Part shown: in pieces, positions 1-7,523 of the stretch | How positions within the stretch are numbered: position 1 is the stretch's first letter | Layout of the letters: every line of letters begins with the position of its first letter | DNA from: Escherichia phage vB_EcoS-CHD2B1 | Length of the DNA stretch: 45,144 nucleotides | Reading direction: 5' to 3' (one strand) | Sequence record: MZ234026.1 | The notes under the pieces: generated by a model | Database searches by the model: none | Seen by the model: the letters and a program-made list of their open reading frames with translations, nothing else | Told to the model about the DNA's origin: nothing | Program-made: the position numbers and the translations under genes

Positions 1-137
1 GCGCACTCATGATGTGTTGGTGTGCCCGTGCCGCAAACTGGCGCGCATAGTCTACGTTGCCGTTTGTGTTTTTTGCTTCGTCCAGCTTCGCTATGGCCCG
101 TGAGTATTTCCAGATTAATGCTTTCATTGTTCGGTCC
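1..137. repeat. Terminal overlap: 1..137 is identical to 45008..45144 (circular-assembly overlap or short terminal redundancy); contains the 5' end of the minus-strand gene 44839..45144
   Basis: Direct comparison of the first and last 137 nt of the window; both read gcgcactcatgatgtgttggtgtgcccgtgccgcaaactggcgcgc...ttaatgctttcat. Confidence 0.9.
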
Positions 138-149
138 TCATGTTGGTGT

Positions 150-180
150 GCAACCAATTTAGCAGGGTGCCAGGCTGAAT
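150..180. promoter_or_regulatory. Pair of TGCAACCAA motifs upstream (minus orientation) of gene 44839..45144
   Basis: gtgcaaccaattt...gaatgcaaccaatatt; same 9-mer recurs in many intergenic regions of this genome. Confidence 0.4.
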
Positions 181-339
181 GCAACCAATATTAATCATGC
201 GTATGAAAAAGCCGATCCCTATCTGCTGTAACTGCAAACTGCATTTTTCACTCACCATAATACAACTCGCATTGGTTGCCTAGTTCATCAACGACCGCAA
301 TTCACATCATGTTGCCGTGTGTTATGCAATCCCGGATTT

Positions 340-513
340 TATGCAGTCTCAGACGAGGGGGGCCAACTGACCCCCGTCTAGTCTGAAAGACTGGGGTTTG
401 TCCCGCCTGTCCCGCTCCCCTGCAAGCCGCGTAATCCGGGGCGGGACGGGGGTGCTGTCCCGCTTTGTCCCGCCCCCTGGCTGTCCCGCTTTTTGTCCCG
501 CTTACTTTATGCA
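340..513. repeat. Iteron element copy A: two adjacent hairpins followed by about five GTCCCGC direct repeats and GCGGGAC inverted copies, flanked by TTATGCA motifs
   Basis: About 170 bp near-identical to 28536..28704; non-coding by position (between primase stop at 608 and gene start at 137). Confidence 0.8.
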
Positions 514-607
514 ATAAAACTGCATAACTATTCACTATATTTACACTACACGGCAACCAATGCGACCAGCTAAAAACACTCAATTTGGCAACCAATGCGC
601 GCAAAAT

Positions 608-2872
608 TTAATCTTTCAGGTCATCATCGGTCGCTGAAAGCGTGATGGGTATATCCGATTTTATGACCAGATTCGACGACCCATAGATGGCCCCGGTGTG
701 TGGATCTGTATAAAATCCGAGCACGCCGCGCTCCACCATATCGTCAATTGCCTTCGTCGATGTGCCACCTTTCGCAAGTCCAGCCTGGCGGACGATTGCC
801 GATTTACTGAATCCAGTATGGTCCGGGTTATCTTCCATCAGTTTTTCCAGTGCCGCATAAAGCACCTTCTCTTTCTCGTTGCGCGGTCCGGCGGTGTTCT
901 CTTCCTTAACTGCTGCCTTGCCTGCTGCCTTAGCCTGTTCGATAGCGAACGGCGCCAGGGCGACCGGTACGAGGTAAAGAGTCTCGTCGCGTGGCGTGGA
1001 GGCAATTGGCTTGACGTCCCAACCGGCAACCACATCGCCGAAGTCTGGCCCGGTGCTGGTGGACTGGTGGGCTTCGAACGCATCAGACTTACGGAGATCC
1101 ACCTTAACTTTGCACTTGAGCAGGACGAAGCCACGCGGCGCTTGCTTGATGCCGTTACGTGACTTTTCGTGATACAGGTTAAGCTGGCCTGGCTGATTAT
1201 CGTCCGGCTGTTCCAGGAAGAACGCAGAATCTACAGCACCATGAAGCGCGCCGGACCCGCGTGGTGACCTGCTGCCGTTTGCACCCTTAGCCGGGTGATG
1301 GATGACACCCGCACTGCCACCTGTATTTTCCGCAATGGACTTCAGCGCCTTGACCACTTCGCCCATATCGCTTGCGTTGTTCTCGTCGAACGGTTTGGCA
1401 TCAGCGGACCGCAGCGCTACAGTCTGGTTGAGTGAGTCGAAGGCCACCAGGCCAACCGGCTCCCCGTTAGCGGTGCGGTTGATAAAGCTGATAACCTCGC
1501 GCAAGCCTGACTTGCTGGTAATATCCCAGCCGCGTGATTGCAGGTCGATAATGTGCAGCTTGTCGAGGTCGTGCTCGTATTTAATCTGCAATGCTTCCTT
1601 ACGCTGGTTGGAGGCTTCGCCACCTTCCGCATCGAAATAGAAGCAATGCGACTGGACGACCTTCGCGCCACCGAACGGAATCCCCGCGGCAACAGCGCCC
1701 ATCTGGCCCAGCACGTAGAACGACTTACCAATGTTCGACTCACCCGCCATATACCAGGTAGATTTGAAGTTGACCAGGCCTTCGATAATCGGGTCGTGCT
1801 TACTGAACAGAGCGACCGGCTCGTTGTCCAGGTCAGCGTCGGTGCATTCGCCGTACTCGTCGCCGTCTCCGACCGCATCAACAATATGTTCATAGCACGA
1901 TTCCACTTCCTCGTCGTCCAGTCCGGGAAGGATGGCGGCGATTTGCTTGCGTGACATGTTGTGTGGCTCGACGTTCAAGTGGTCCGGGATGCCGATCAGA
2001 CGCAGCGCCAGGTGCTGGTGTTTATTCAGTTCGGAACAGAATTCGTTGCCGGTGTGCATACACTTGAAACGGATCTCGCCATCCTTAACCATGATAGCCG
2101 TCGACCCGCCGCCGCTATGCAGGTGCTCGTTCGGGCAAGGCACTTCATAACCGCGACCGGATGACAGTGGTTCAAAGCCAGCCTGGAAGCACCAATCCAG
2201 AATGCCGTCCGCCACGCCATCGGCGCCCTGGGTCAGTTCGCGGCGCACTTCCTCTTTCTCCACTCCCAGCTTGTCAGCCAGGCGAAGCAGACGACGGACA
2301 CGGGCGCGCTTTCCGTAGTGGCACTTTATGACAGACTGCTGGTGAGGCAGGTACATAAGGCGGTTGGTGTCTTTCGTACAATCGTCGAAGTCCACATCTG
2401 ACAGGCCCAGTTGGTCTAATAGCGCATACTGGACGCGGCCCAGGTCTTCAGCCGGTACAGGCTTGTCAGTGAGCACCAGGAAACGGGCGCAACGTGTGCC
2501 GCCTTTCAGTGGGTGACGGTCGCCGGTTGTGGTGTGGAATACGTGCTCCAGGCCAGCGTCGGTGAACGCCTTACGGCAGCGGCGTAAGGTGCGGGTGTCA
2601 GTGCGGTCAATATCGAAGAACAGGATCGAGCGGTCGACCGCACTGGTCTTGCGGCGTAAGCCATCATTGGTATAGGCCACGATGCCATCAGCCTTACGCT
2701 TGCGGCGCGCATACTCGGCTTTATCTTCAGTCTTGTTGATGTGCACCGAGGAGATTTCTTTCGCATCGTTGATAAATTCGAAAAATTCATCAGTGGTCAT
2801 CTCGAAGTTTTCCGCCCTGGCTTTTTCGCCTTTTTTAGCGGGTCTTGTTACTGCGAATTTAATTAAGCTCAT
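608..2872 (-). CDS. DNA primase/helicase (N-terminal primase-polymerase-like domain, Cys/His zinc-binding motif, C-terminal RecA-like helicase with Walker A GESNIGKS)
   Basis: 754-aa ORF; motifs CPNEHLHSGGGS...KCMHTGNE and GESNIGKS...AFDSLN; ATG at 2872. Confidence 0.8.
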   Translation of the reverse strand: MSLIKFAVTRPAKKGEKARAENFEMTTDEFFEFINDAKEISSVHINKTEDKAEYARRKRKADGIVAYTNDGLRRKTSAVDRSILFFDIDRTDTRTLRRCRKAFTDAGLEHVFHTTTGDRHPLKGGTRCARFLVLTDKPVPAEDLGRVQYALLDQLGLSDVDFDDCTKDTNRLMYLPHQQSVIKCHYGKRARVRRLLRLADKLGVEKEEVRRELTQGADGVADGILDWCFQAGFEPLSSGRGYEVPCPNEHLHSGGGSTAIMVKDGEIRFKCMHTGNEFCSELNKHQHLALRLIGIPDHLNVEPHNMSRKQIAAILPGLDDEEVESCYEHIVDAVGDGDEYGECTDADLDNEPVALFSKHDPIIEGLVNFKSTWYMAGESNIGKSFYVLGQMGAVAAGIPFGGAKVVQSHCFYFDAEGGEASNQRKEALQIKYEHDLDKLHIIDLQSRGWDITSKSGLREVISFINRTANGEPVGLVAFDSLNQTVALRSADAKPFDENNASDMGEVVKALKSIAENTGGSAGVIHHPAKGANGSRSPRGSGALHGAVDSAFFLEQPDDNQPGQLNLYHEKSRNGIKQAPRGFVLLKCKVKVDLRKSDAFEAHQSTSTGPDFGDVVAGWDVKPIASTPRDETLYLVPVALAPFAIEQAKAAGKAAVKEENTAGPRNEKEKVLYAALEKLMEDNPDHTGFSKSAIVRQAGLAKGGTSTKAIDDMVERGVLGFYTDPHTGAIYGSSNLVIKSDIPITLSATDDDLKD

Positions 2873-2882
2873 TGCCGTTGCC

Positions 2883-3212
2883 TTACTTAGAAGTTTTATT
2901 ATTGCGTACCCAGGAGCGCACGGTGCTCTGATTAATTCCAGTTAACTCGGCAATCATCGCCCAGGACTTGCCCTCGTCGCGCAAACGGATAACCTGCTTT
3001 TTGTATTCTTCCATTTCTTCATTGTGTTTTTGCAGCTTGCTTGCTGCCGTACCGTTGAGTAATTCCAGCTTGGCGCGCAATTCTTTTTCGACACTGCGCA
3101 GGCGTTCGATTTCAAATAACGCCGCACCAACGGCATCGGTATAAGCCCAGGACCGGCTTGTCTCACCACTAACGGTCTTAGTTAACATTTCGATTGCGTC
3201 GTTGATATGCAT
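2883..3212 (-). CDS. Small DNA-binding protein with C-terminal helix-turn-helix (candidate transcriptional regulator)
   Basis: 109-aa ORF, coiled-coil middle, C-terminal WAMIAELTGINQSTVRSWV HTH-like segment; RBS AGGAGA 6 nt upstream of ATG. Confidence 0.55.
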   Translation of the reverse strand: MHINDAIEMLTKTVSGETSRSWAYTDAVGAALFEIERLRSVEKELRAKLELLNGTAASKLQKHNEEMEEYKKQVIRLRDEGKSWAMIAELTGINQSTVRSWVRNNKTSK

Positions 3213-3258
3213 TGTTCTGTCTCCTATTGGTTAATGACCAACGAAACTACACCTAAAA

Positions 3259-3287
3259 TTGCAGGGTGTCAACTCCTTTTGTATATT
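3259..3287 (+). promoter_or_regulatory. Sigma70-like promoter TTGCAG-N17-TATATT
   Basis: -35 at 3259..3264, 17-nt spacer, -10 at 3282..3287; lies in the divergent intergenic region. Confidence 0.4.
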
Positions 3288-3342
3288 GAAACGGGCGCGC
3301 ACGCGTGTAATAATAATCACGTCTCATTGTCTCTTATTGGTT

Positions 3343-3378
3343 AGCGCCGTCGCATTTTGCCTCGGCGCTTTTTTTTTG
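3343..3378 (+). terminator. Rho-independent terminator (AGCGCCG ... CGGCGCT followed by 9 T)
   Basis: GC-rich inverted repeat 3343..3369 followed by T-run 3369..3377, about 80 nt downstream of the promoter at 3259..3287. Confidence 0.5.
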
Positions 3379-3388
3379 AAATTAGTTG

Positions 3389-3418
3389 TTGACACCCCAC
3401 CTGCAACCAATCTATTAT
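3389..3418 (+). promoter_or_regulatory. Strong sigma70-like early promoter TTGACA-N18-TATTAT; TGCAACCAA motif sits in the spacer
   Basis: Consensus -35 TTGACA at 3389..3394, -10 TATTAT at 3413..3418; upstream of the plus-strand operon starting at 3615. Confidence 0.55.
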
Positions 3419-3614
3419 TCACTCCGTCGACAGGATGCAGGACGCAAACTGGAGAGGGGCAACGCAGGGGCCGGATCGAAGTGTCAGGATTCCCAACCGT
3501 GATTATATAACCAGGTCCACTACCCGAAAGGGAGAACGCGTAACCTGGCACTATGTTAAGGCCACCGACGAAGTTGACTGCCGACACCTAAACTTAACCA
3601 ATCGGAGATATACC

Positions 3615-4133
3615 ATGTTTGAGCAAATCGTAAACCTGATCACACGCGGCGTAGTAGCACTGGAAACCATCGCTAAGCATTATGAAACTGCTGGCGCTGC
3701 CGTTGGTAAACAGGAAGCGAAGAAAGCCCCGGCTAAGGGCAAGGCAAAAGAAGAAGTAGTCGAAGATGACGACGCTGAAGACGAAGCACCGGCTAAGACC
3801 AAAAAAGCGCCAGCAAAGGGCATGGCTAAGAAAGAAGCCGTAGAAGAAGACGACGCGGACGACGAAGAAGAAGCCCCGGCGAAATCTAAGAAAGCACCGG
3901 CGAAAGGTAAAGGCAAGAAAGATGCCGATCCGCTGAAAGAGATGCGCGACGAAATCAAGCAGTATGCCGCTATTATTGCTGGCGGTGATGACGACGACGC
4001 AAACGACGAATTTGACGACCTGCTGGAAGAATTCGAAATTAAATCCGTTGCCAAGCTGGAAGATGACGACGTGGAAGAGTTCCACCAGGAATTAAAAGCA
4101 ATCGTCGAAACTTATTTCGAATTAGAAGATTAA
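3615..4133 (+). CDS. Highly acidic repeat protein (alternating Lys-rich KKAPAKGK and Asp/Glu-rich blocks); candidate DNA-mimic or host-takeover protein
   Basis: ATG at 3615 with GGAG RBS; in-frame upstream ATG at 3435 has no RBS; repeats EDEAPAKTKKAPAKG / EEEAPAKSKKAPAKG; first gene after the early promoter. Confidence 0.6.
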   Translation: MFEQIVNLITRGVVALETIAKHYETAGAAVGKQEAKKAPAKGKAKEEVVEDDDAEDEAPAKTKKAPAKGMAKKEAVEEDDADDEEEAPAKSKKAPAKGKGKKDADPLKEMRDEIKQYAAIIAGGDDDDANDEFDDLLEEFEIKSVAKLEDDDVEEFHQELKAIVETYFELED

Positions 4134-4137
4134 TATA

Positions 4138-4263
4138 ATGGACTATGAAATGAGAATCACGCTCGATTTCATAGCAGAAAATTGGGCGGCATTCACCGCC
4201 TTCTGCGAAGAAAGAGGCGACGACCCGGACGAGGTTTATAGACAACTCGGCGGTGAAGATTAA
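4138..4263 (+). CDS. Small acidic hypothetical protein (41 aa)
   Basis: ATG at 4138 two nt after the upstream stop; ends just before terminator 4270..4298; below the ORF-track size cutoff. Confidence 0.3.
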   Translation: MDYEMRITLDFIAENWAAFTAFCEERGDDPDEVYRQLGGED

Positions 4264-4269
4264 TATTAT

Positions 4270-4298
4270 CCGGCCCGCTAATCTGCGGGCCTATTTTT
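4270..4298 (+). terminator. Rho-independent terminator (GGCCCGC taatct GCGGGCC tattttt)
   Basis: Perfect 7-bp GC stem followed by T-run. Confidence 0.6.
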
Positions 4299-4311
4299 AG
4301 AGGACGAGACA

Positions 4312-4563
4312 ATGGCACGCTTCACGCTATTCGAGGCGGTGGATTCACGCGACCAGCGCCCTTATTATTGGCTATTCGAACGCATCGGCAACTTTAAGTC
4401 CCGCGTTGCCGTAATAGATAAACGCCGCGATAATCCCGCGCAAATTAAGCGCACCACATTTACTAACCCCGACTTTTATATTTGGGCGGACTCCAATCTG
4501 GAATATGTTCGCTTTGCCGTATCGTCGGAGGAAAAAGTAATTGACCGTTGGGAGACAAAATAA
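4312..4563 (+). CDS. Hypothetical protein (83 aa)
   Basis: ORF with ATG start; stop overlaps next start (TAATG). Confidence 0.5.
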   Translation: MARFTLFEAVDSRDQRPYYWLFERIGNFKSRVAVIDKRRDNPAQIKRTTFTNPDFYIWADSNLEYVRFAVSSEEKVIDRWETK

Positions 4564-4748
4564 TGACTAAATTCTTCGTGCTGGCAACTTGCCACAAAAC
4601 AAACGACCACTTCTCTTTTATGGTCGTTAACCATGACGCCTCGATGTGCTGGGTAGATGCGCAGCGTGAAGTGCACCGCCGTGTCGAACAGGCGGGAATG
4701 GCTAATATCTGTAAATATGTAATTGTCCAGTTTACAAGGGTGGAATAA
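4563..4748 (+). CDS. Hypothetical protein (61 aa)
   Basis: ATG at 4563 overlapping the upstream stop; stop overlaps next start. Confidence 0.45.
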   Translation: MTKFFVLATCHKTNDHFSFMVVNHDASMCWVDAQREVHRRVEQAGMANICKYVIVQFTRVE

Positions 4749-6178
4749 TGGCTATTAAACCAAAGCGCAAAACGCAATCCGGTAGCAATACGGAACACTC
4801 ATTACTCGGACCATCGGGATCTAAAAAATGGATGGGGTGTCCTGCCGCCCTGGTAGTCGAAAAAGGTATCCCGAACGAATCCGGGCAAGCTGCGATTAAC
4901 GGTACGAGTATGCACACCGTATCAGAGGTCGTGTTAAACCGCATCATTGCCGGTGAGAAGAAGCTATCCGCGAAGACGTACAAAGGGTGCTACGTCGAGA
5001 ACGAAGGTAAGGGACCGGTAAAGGCCCACCCGAAAGCACCGAAAGGCGGCGTACTGGTCAACGACGATATGGTGAAACAGTGCGATGCATACATCGACCA
5101 CTGGCGACCGCTCCTTGAAGTGGCGGAGTTTGTTCAGCTTGAAATGCGCGCCGATCTCACCCGCATCTTGCACCCTGGCTTCGAGATAGACGGCAACAAG
5201 GTGAAGACGTTCGGAACTGCCGATATGGTCATGGTCATGAAGAAGACCGACGGCACGCACATGCTTATTGTTGGCGACCTGAAGACCGGGCGACATAAGG
5301 TCGAGGCGAAAGAAAACAAACAGCTTATGTTGTACGCGCTGGGCCTGCTGCGCAAGCTGCAAACCATGTACGACATTACGACCGTTCGCCTGGTAATCTT
5401 CCAGCCGTATTGCGGCGGGGCGTCAGAGTGGGATATTACAGTTGAAGCGCTGGAGATATTCGCTAAGTTTGCATCCAAGCGGGCTACCGCCGCACTGGAA
5501 GCGTACGCCCGCGGCAAGAAGGGACTTACCCGTGCCGACTTCCGACCGAGCGTTGACGCCTGTCAGTGGTGCCGATTTGCGGATCAGTGTAGTGCCCGTG
5601 CTAAGGCCGCCATCGCCACGATGACCCCACCAACGGCAACAGACGAAGACCTGGGCGACGACGTGAGCGTGGCGACAGAGGAAGAATGCGCCAACCACGA
5701 CCGCAATATGGCCCGCGAAGCCCGGAAAGCGGCACGACGTGCGAAGCGTGGCAAGAAAGAAAAAGCACCAGGCGCTATGAGCGCGGCGGAACTGCGCAAG
5801 GCATACGAAGGTCTCGACGCAATGCGCCAGCACATCAAGGCTATCGAGTCCGCGGTATTCAAGGCCGTAATGGCGGGAGATGGCGAATCGCTGGGCCTCA
5901 AGATGGTTGCCGGTAAGGAAGGTAATCGCAAGTGGGCGGATGAGAGCGAAGTGATTGAGGTCTTCACGAAGGCCCGGATCAAGCGCGATGTGATGTACAA
6001 AGAAACATTGCTCAGTCCTACCGATGCTGAGAAGGTATTGAAGGACGAGAAACCGAAAGTGTGGGCGAAATTGTGTGATAAAATCACGCGCGCACCGGCT
6101 AAACCGGTATTGGCACCAATCGACGACCCGCGCCCTGCGTGGTCTGAAGCTACTGATGAGGACTTAAGTAATGAATAA
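4748..6178 (+). CDS. PD-(D/E)XK nuclease, Cas4/RecB-like with C-terminal Cys cluster (DUF2800-type phage exonuclease)
   Basis: 476 aa; motifs GTADMV...GDLKTG...LYALG and CQWCRFADQC; typical neighbour of DUF2815 SSB and family A polymerase. Confidence 0.7.
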   Translation: MAIKPKRKTQSGSNTEHSLLGPSGSKKWMGCPAALVVEKGIPNESGQAAINGTSMHTVSEVVLNRIIAGEKKLSAKTYKGCYVENEGKGPVKAHPKAPKGGVLVNDDMVKQCDAYIDHWRPLLEVAEFVQLEMRADLTRILHPGFEIDGNKVKTFGTADMVMVMKKTDGTHMLIVGDLKTGRHKVEAKENKQLMLYALGLLRKLQTMYDITTVRLVIFQPYCGGASEWDITVEALEIFAKFASKRATAALEAYARGKKGLTRADFRPSVDACQWCRFADQCSARAKAAIATMTPPTATDEDLGDDVSVATEEECANHDRNMAREARKAARRAKRGKKEKAPGAMSAAELRKAYEGLDAMRQHIKAIESAVFKAVMAGDGESLGLKMVAGKEGNRKWADESEVIEVFTKARIKRDVMYKETLLSPTDAEKVLKDEKPKVWAKLCDKITRAPAKPVLAPIDDPRPAWSEATDEDLSNE

Positions 6179-6413
6179 GGTGTTTGCATTCGTATTGATG
6201 ATTATGCTCGGCGCGCTGGGCTTTATCCTGCATTGCGTGCAAGGCGTGTTAATGGTGGCCTGGATGATTCGCCATCCGTCCCGCTGGCTGGACGATGGCT
6301 ACAGCGACGTTGCCGTCGATTGGGTCGAGAAGCACATCGACCGACCGCCGTTAAGCTGGATCGAGAACGCCACCAACTACGTGACGCGAAATCTTTTTAA
6401 TAAAAGTGCTTGA
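6171..6413 (+). CDS. Small membrane protein (80 aa)
   Basis: ATG with GAGGA RBS; hydrophobic N-terminal half VFAFVLMIMLGALGFIL. Confidence 0.5.
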   Translation: MNKVFAFVLMIMLGALGFILHCVQGVLMVAWMIRHPSRWLDDGYSDVAVDWVEKHIDRPPLSWIENATNYVTRNLFNKSA

Positions 6414-6438
6414 CCGCTTAGGCGCAACCAAGTAAATT
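6410..6438 (+). promoter_or_regulatory. Sigma70-like promoter TTGACC-N17-TAAATT with GCAACCAA motif in spacer
   Basis: -35 at 6410..6415, -10 at 6433..6438; upstream of the SSB gene. Confidence 0.45.
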
Positions 6439-6502
6439 AGCAACCAAGCCGAACGGGGTGGCTCACAATAACCCCGATACATGCGAAATGAGGAATTGAG
6501 AA

Positions 6503-7294
6503 ATGGCTAAAGTCAACCTGAAAAATGTACGAGTATGCTTCCTGAAAATTTGGGAACGTGATACCCCTAAACAGGATGGACAAAAACCGGCATACCGTGC
6601 CGTGATTCTTCTTGATAAAGAAGATCCGCAGGTGGACAAAGTGGAAGCGGCAGCGCGCGCAGTGCTTACCGACAAGCTGAAATCCGAGAAGAACGCCGAT
6701 AAGTGGATGGACCGCCACTACGCCCAGGATTCTAAGGAATGCGCAGTTCGTGACGGCGACGAGCGCGACGAAGTAACCGAAGAATTCGAAGGCATGTTGT
6801 ACATCAACGCCAAATCGTTCAAACAGCCTAACATTCAAACGTCACTGGGCGAGAAGCAGACCGAACAGGGTCTGACCATCGACGGCGACGAGATCGAAGG
6901 CCAGGAAATCTATTCCGGTTGTTATTGCAACGTGTCCCTGGATATTTGGGCGTGGAACAACACCAACGGTAAAGGTCTCGGTGCTGGCTTGATGGGTCTT
7001 CGCTTCCGTGACGATGGTGACTCCTTCGGTGGCGGCGGGTCTTCTTGTTCCGATGACGACCTGGGCGACGATGACGAAGATGAAGCACCGCGCAAGGCTA
7101 AGAAGTCCAAACGTCGTGATGACGATGACGAAGATGATAAGCCGCGCAAGTCCAAGAAATCCAAGCGTCGTGATGACGATGACGAAGACGAGGAAGACGA
7201 AAAACCTCGCAAGCGTCGCAAGTCCCGCGATGACGAAGATGAGGACGACGACGACGACGAAGACGAAGCACCACGTAAACGTCGCCGCCGTTAA
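6503..7294 (+). CDS. Single-stranded DNA-binding protein (DUF2815-type phage SSB) with a ~90-aa low-complexity acidic/basic repeat C-terminal tail
   Basis: N-terminus MAKVNLKNVRVCFLKIWE typical of this SSB family; C-terminus repeats DDDEDEAPRKAKKSKRRDDDDEDD... Confidence 0.7.
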   Translation: MAKVNLKNVRVCFLKIWERDTPKQDGQKPAYRAVILLDKEDPQVDKVEAAARAVLTDKLKSEKNADKWMDRHYAQDSKECAVRDGDERDEVTEEFEGMLYINAKSFKQPNIQTSLGEKQTEQGLTIDGDEIEGQEIYSGCYCNVSLDIWAWNNTNGKGLGAGLMGLRFRDDGDSFGGGGSSCSDDDLGDDDEDEAPRKAKKSKRRDDDDEDDKPRKSKKSKRRDDDDEDEEDEKPRKRRKSRDDEDEDDDDDEDEAPRKRRRR

Positions 7295-7313
7295 GGGCAA
7301 AGCCCACTATTCA

Positions 7314-7340
7314 AGCCCGCTTATTGCGGGCTTTTTATTA
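7314..7340 (+). terminator. Rho-independent terminator (AAGCCCGC ttatt GCGGGCTT tttatt)
   Basis: 8-bp stem followed by T-run directly after the SSB stop. Confidence 0.65.
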
Positions 7341-7352
7341 GGACAATGAAAA

Positions 7353-7523
7353 ATGCGTATTAAAGCCAGTGAAGTAAAAGTCGGAATGCGTGTATGGTCC
7401 AAATTGCTGGGCGAGTATTTTACCGTTGCCGAGATTCGCAACAACGGCGAAGAGATTGCCTTGTCGGATGGTATCTTCTCCATGATCGGCAGCGCTGACG
7501 CAGTAGTGAGGATAAAGCAATGA
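7353..7523 (+). CDS. Small hypothetical protein (56 aa)
   Basis: ATG at 7353 with AGGA 9 nt upstream; stop overlaps polymerase start (ATGA); below ORF-track cutoff. Confidence 0.4.
   Translation: MRIKASEVKVGMRVWSKLLGEYFTVAEIRNNGEEIALSDGIFSMIGSADAVVRIKQ

Noticed and set aside
189-278. 29-codon plus-strand ORF (MRMKKPIPICC...) in the intergenic region
   Set aside because: No ribosome-binding site and it overlaps the regulatory motif cluster; likely chance ORF.
302-604. 100-aa minus-strand ORF covering iteron element copy A
   Set aside because: The ORF is created by the GTCCCGC repeat DNA; its similarity to the ORF in copy B reflects DNA repetition, the copies differ by indels, and there is no RBS. 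Treated as non-coding.
3435-3614. Upstream in-frame ATG extending the acidic protein by 60 residues
   Set aside because: No Shine-Dalgarno before 3435, and the predicted transcription start of the TTGACA promoter lies only ~10 nt upstream; ATG 3615 has a GGAG RBS. The extension is Arg-rich and atypical. Kept as an alternative only.
6842-7300. Minus-strand ORFs (152, 99, 69 aa) within the SSB gene
   Set aside because: Generated by the GAC/GAA-rich coding repeats of the SSB tail; antisense to a well-supported gene.
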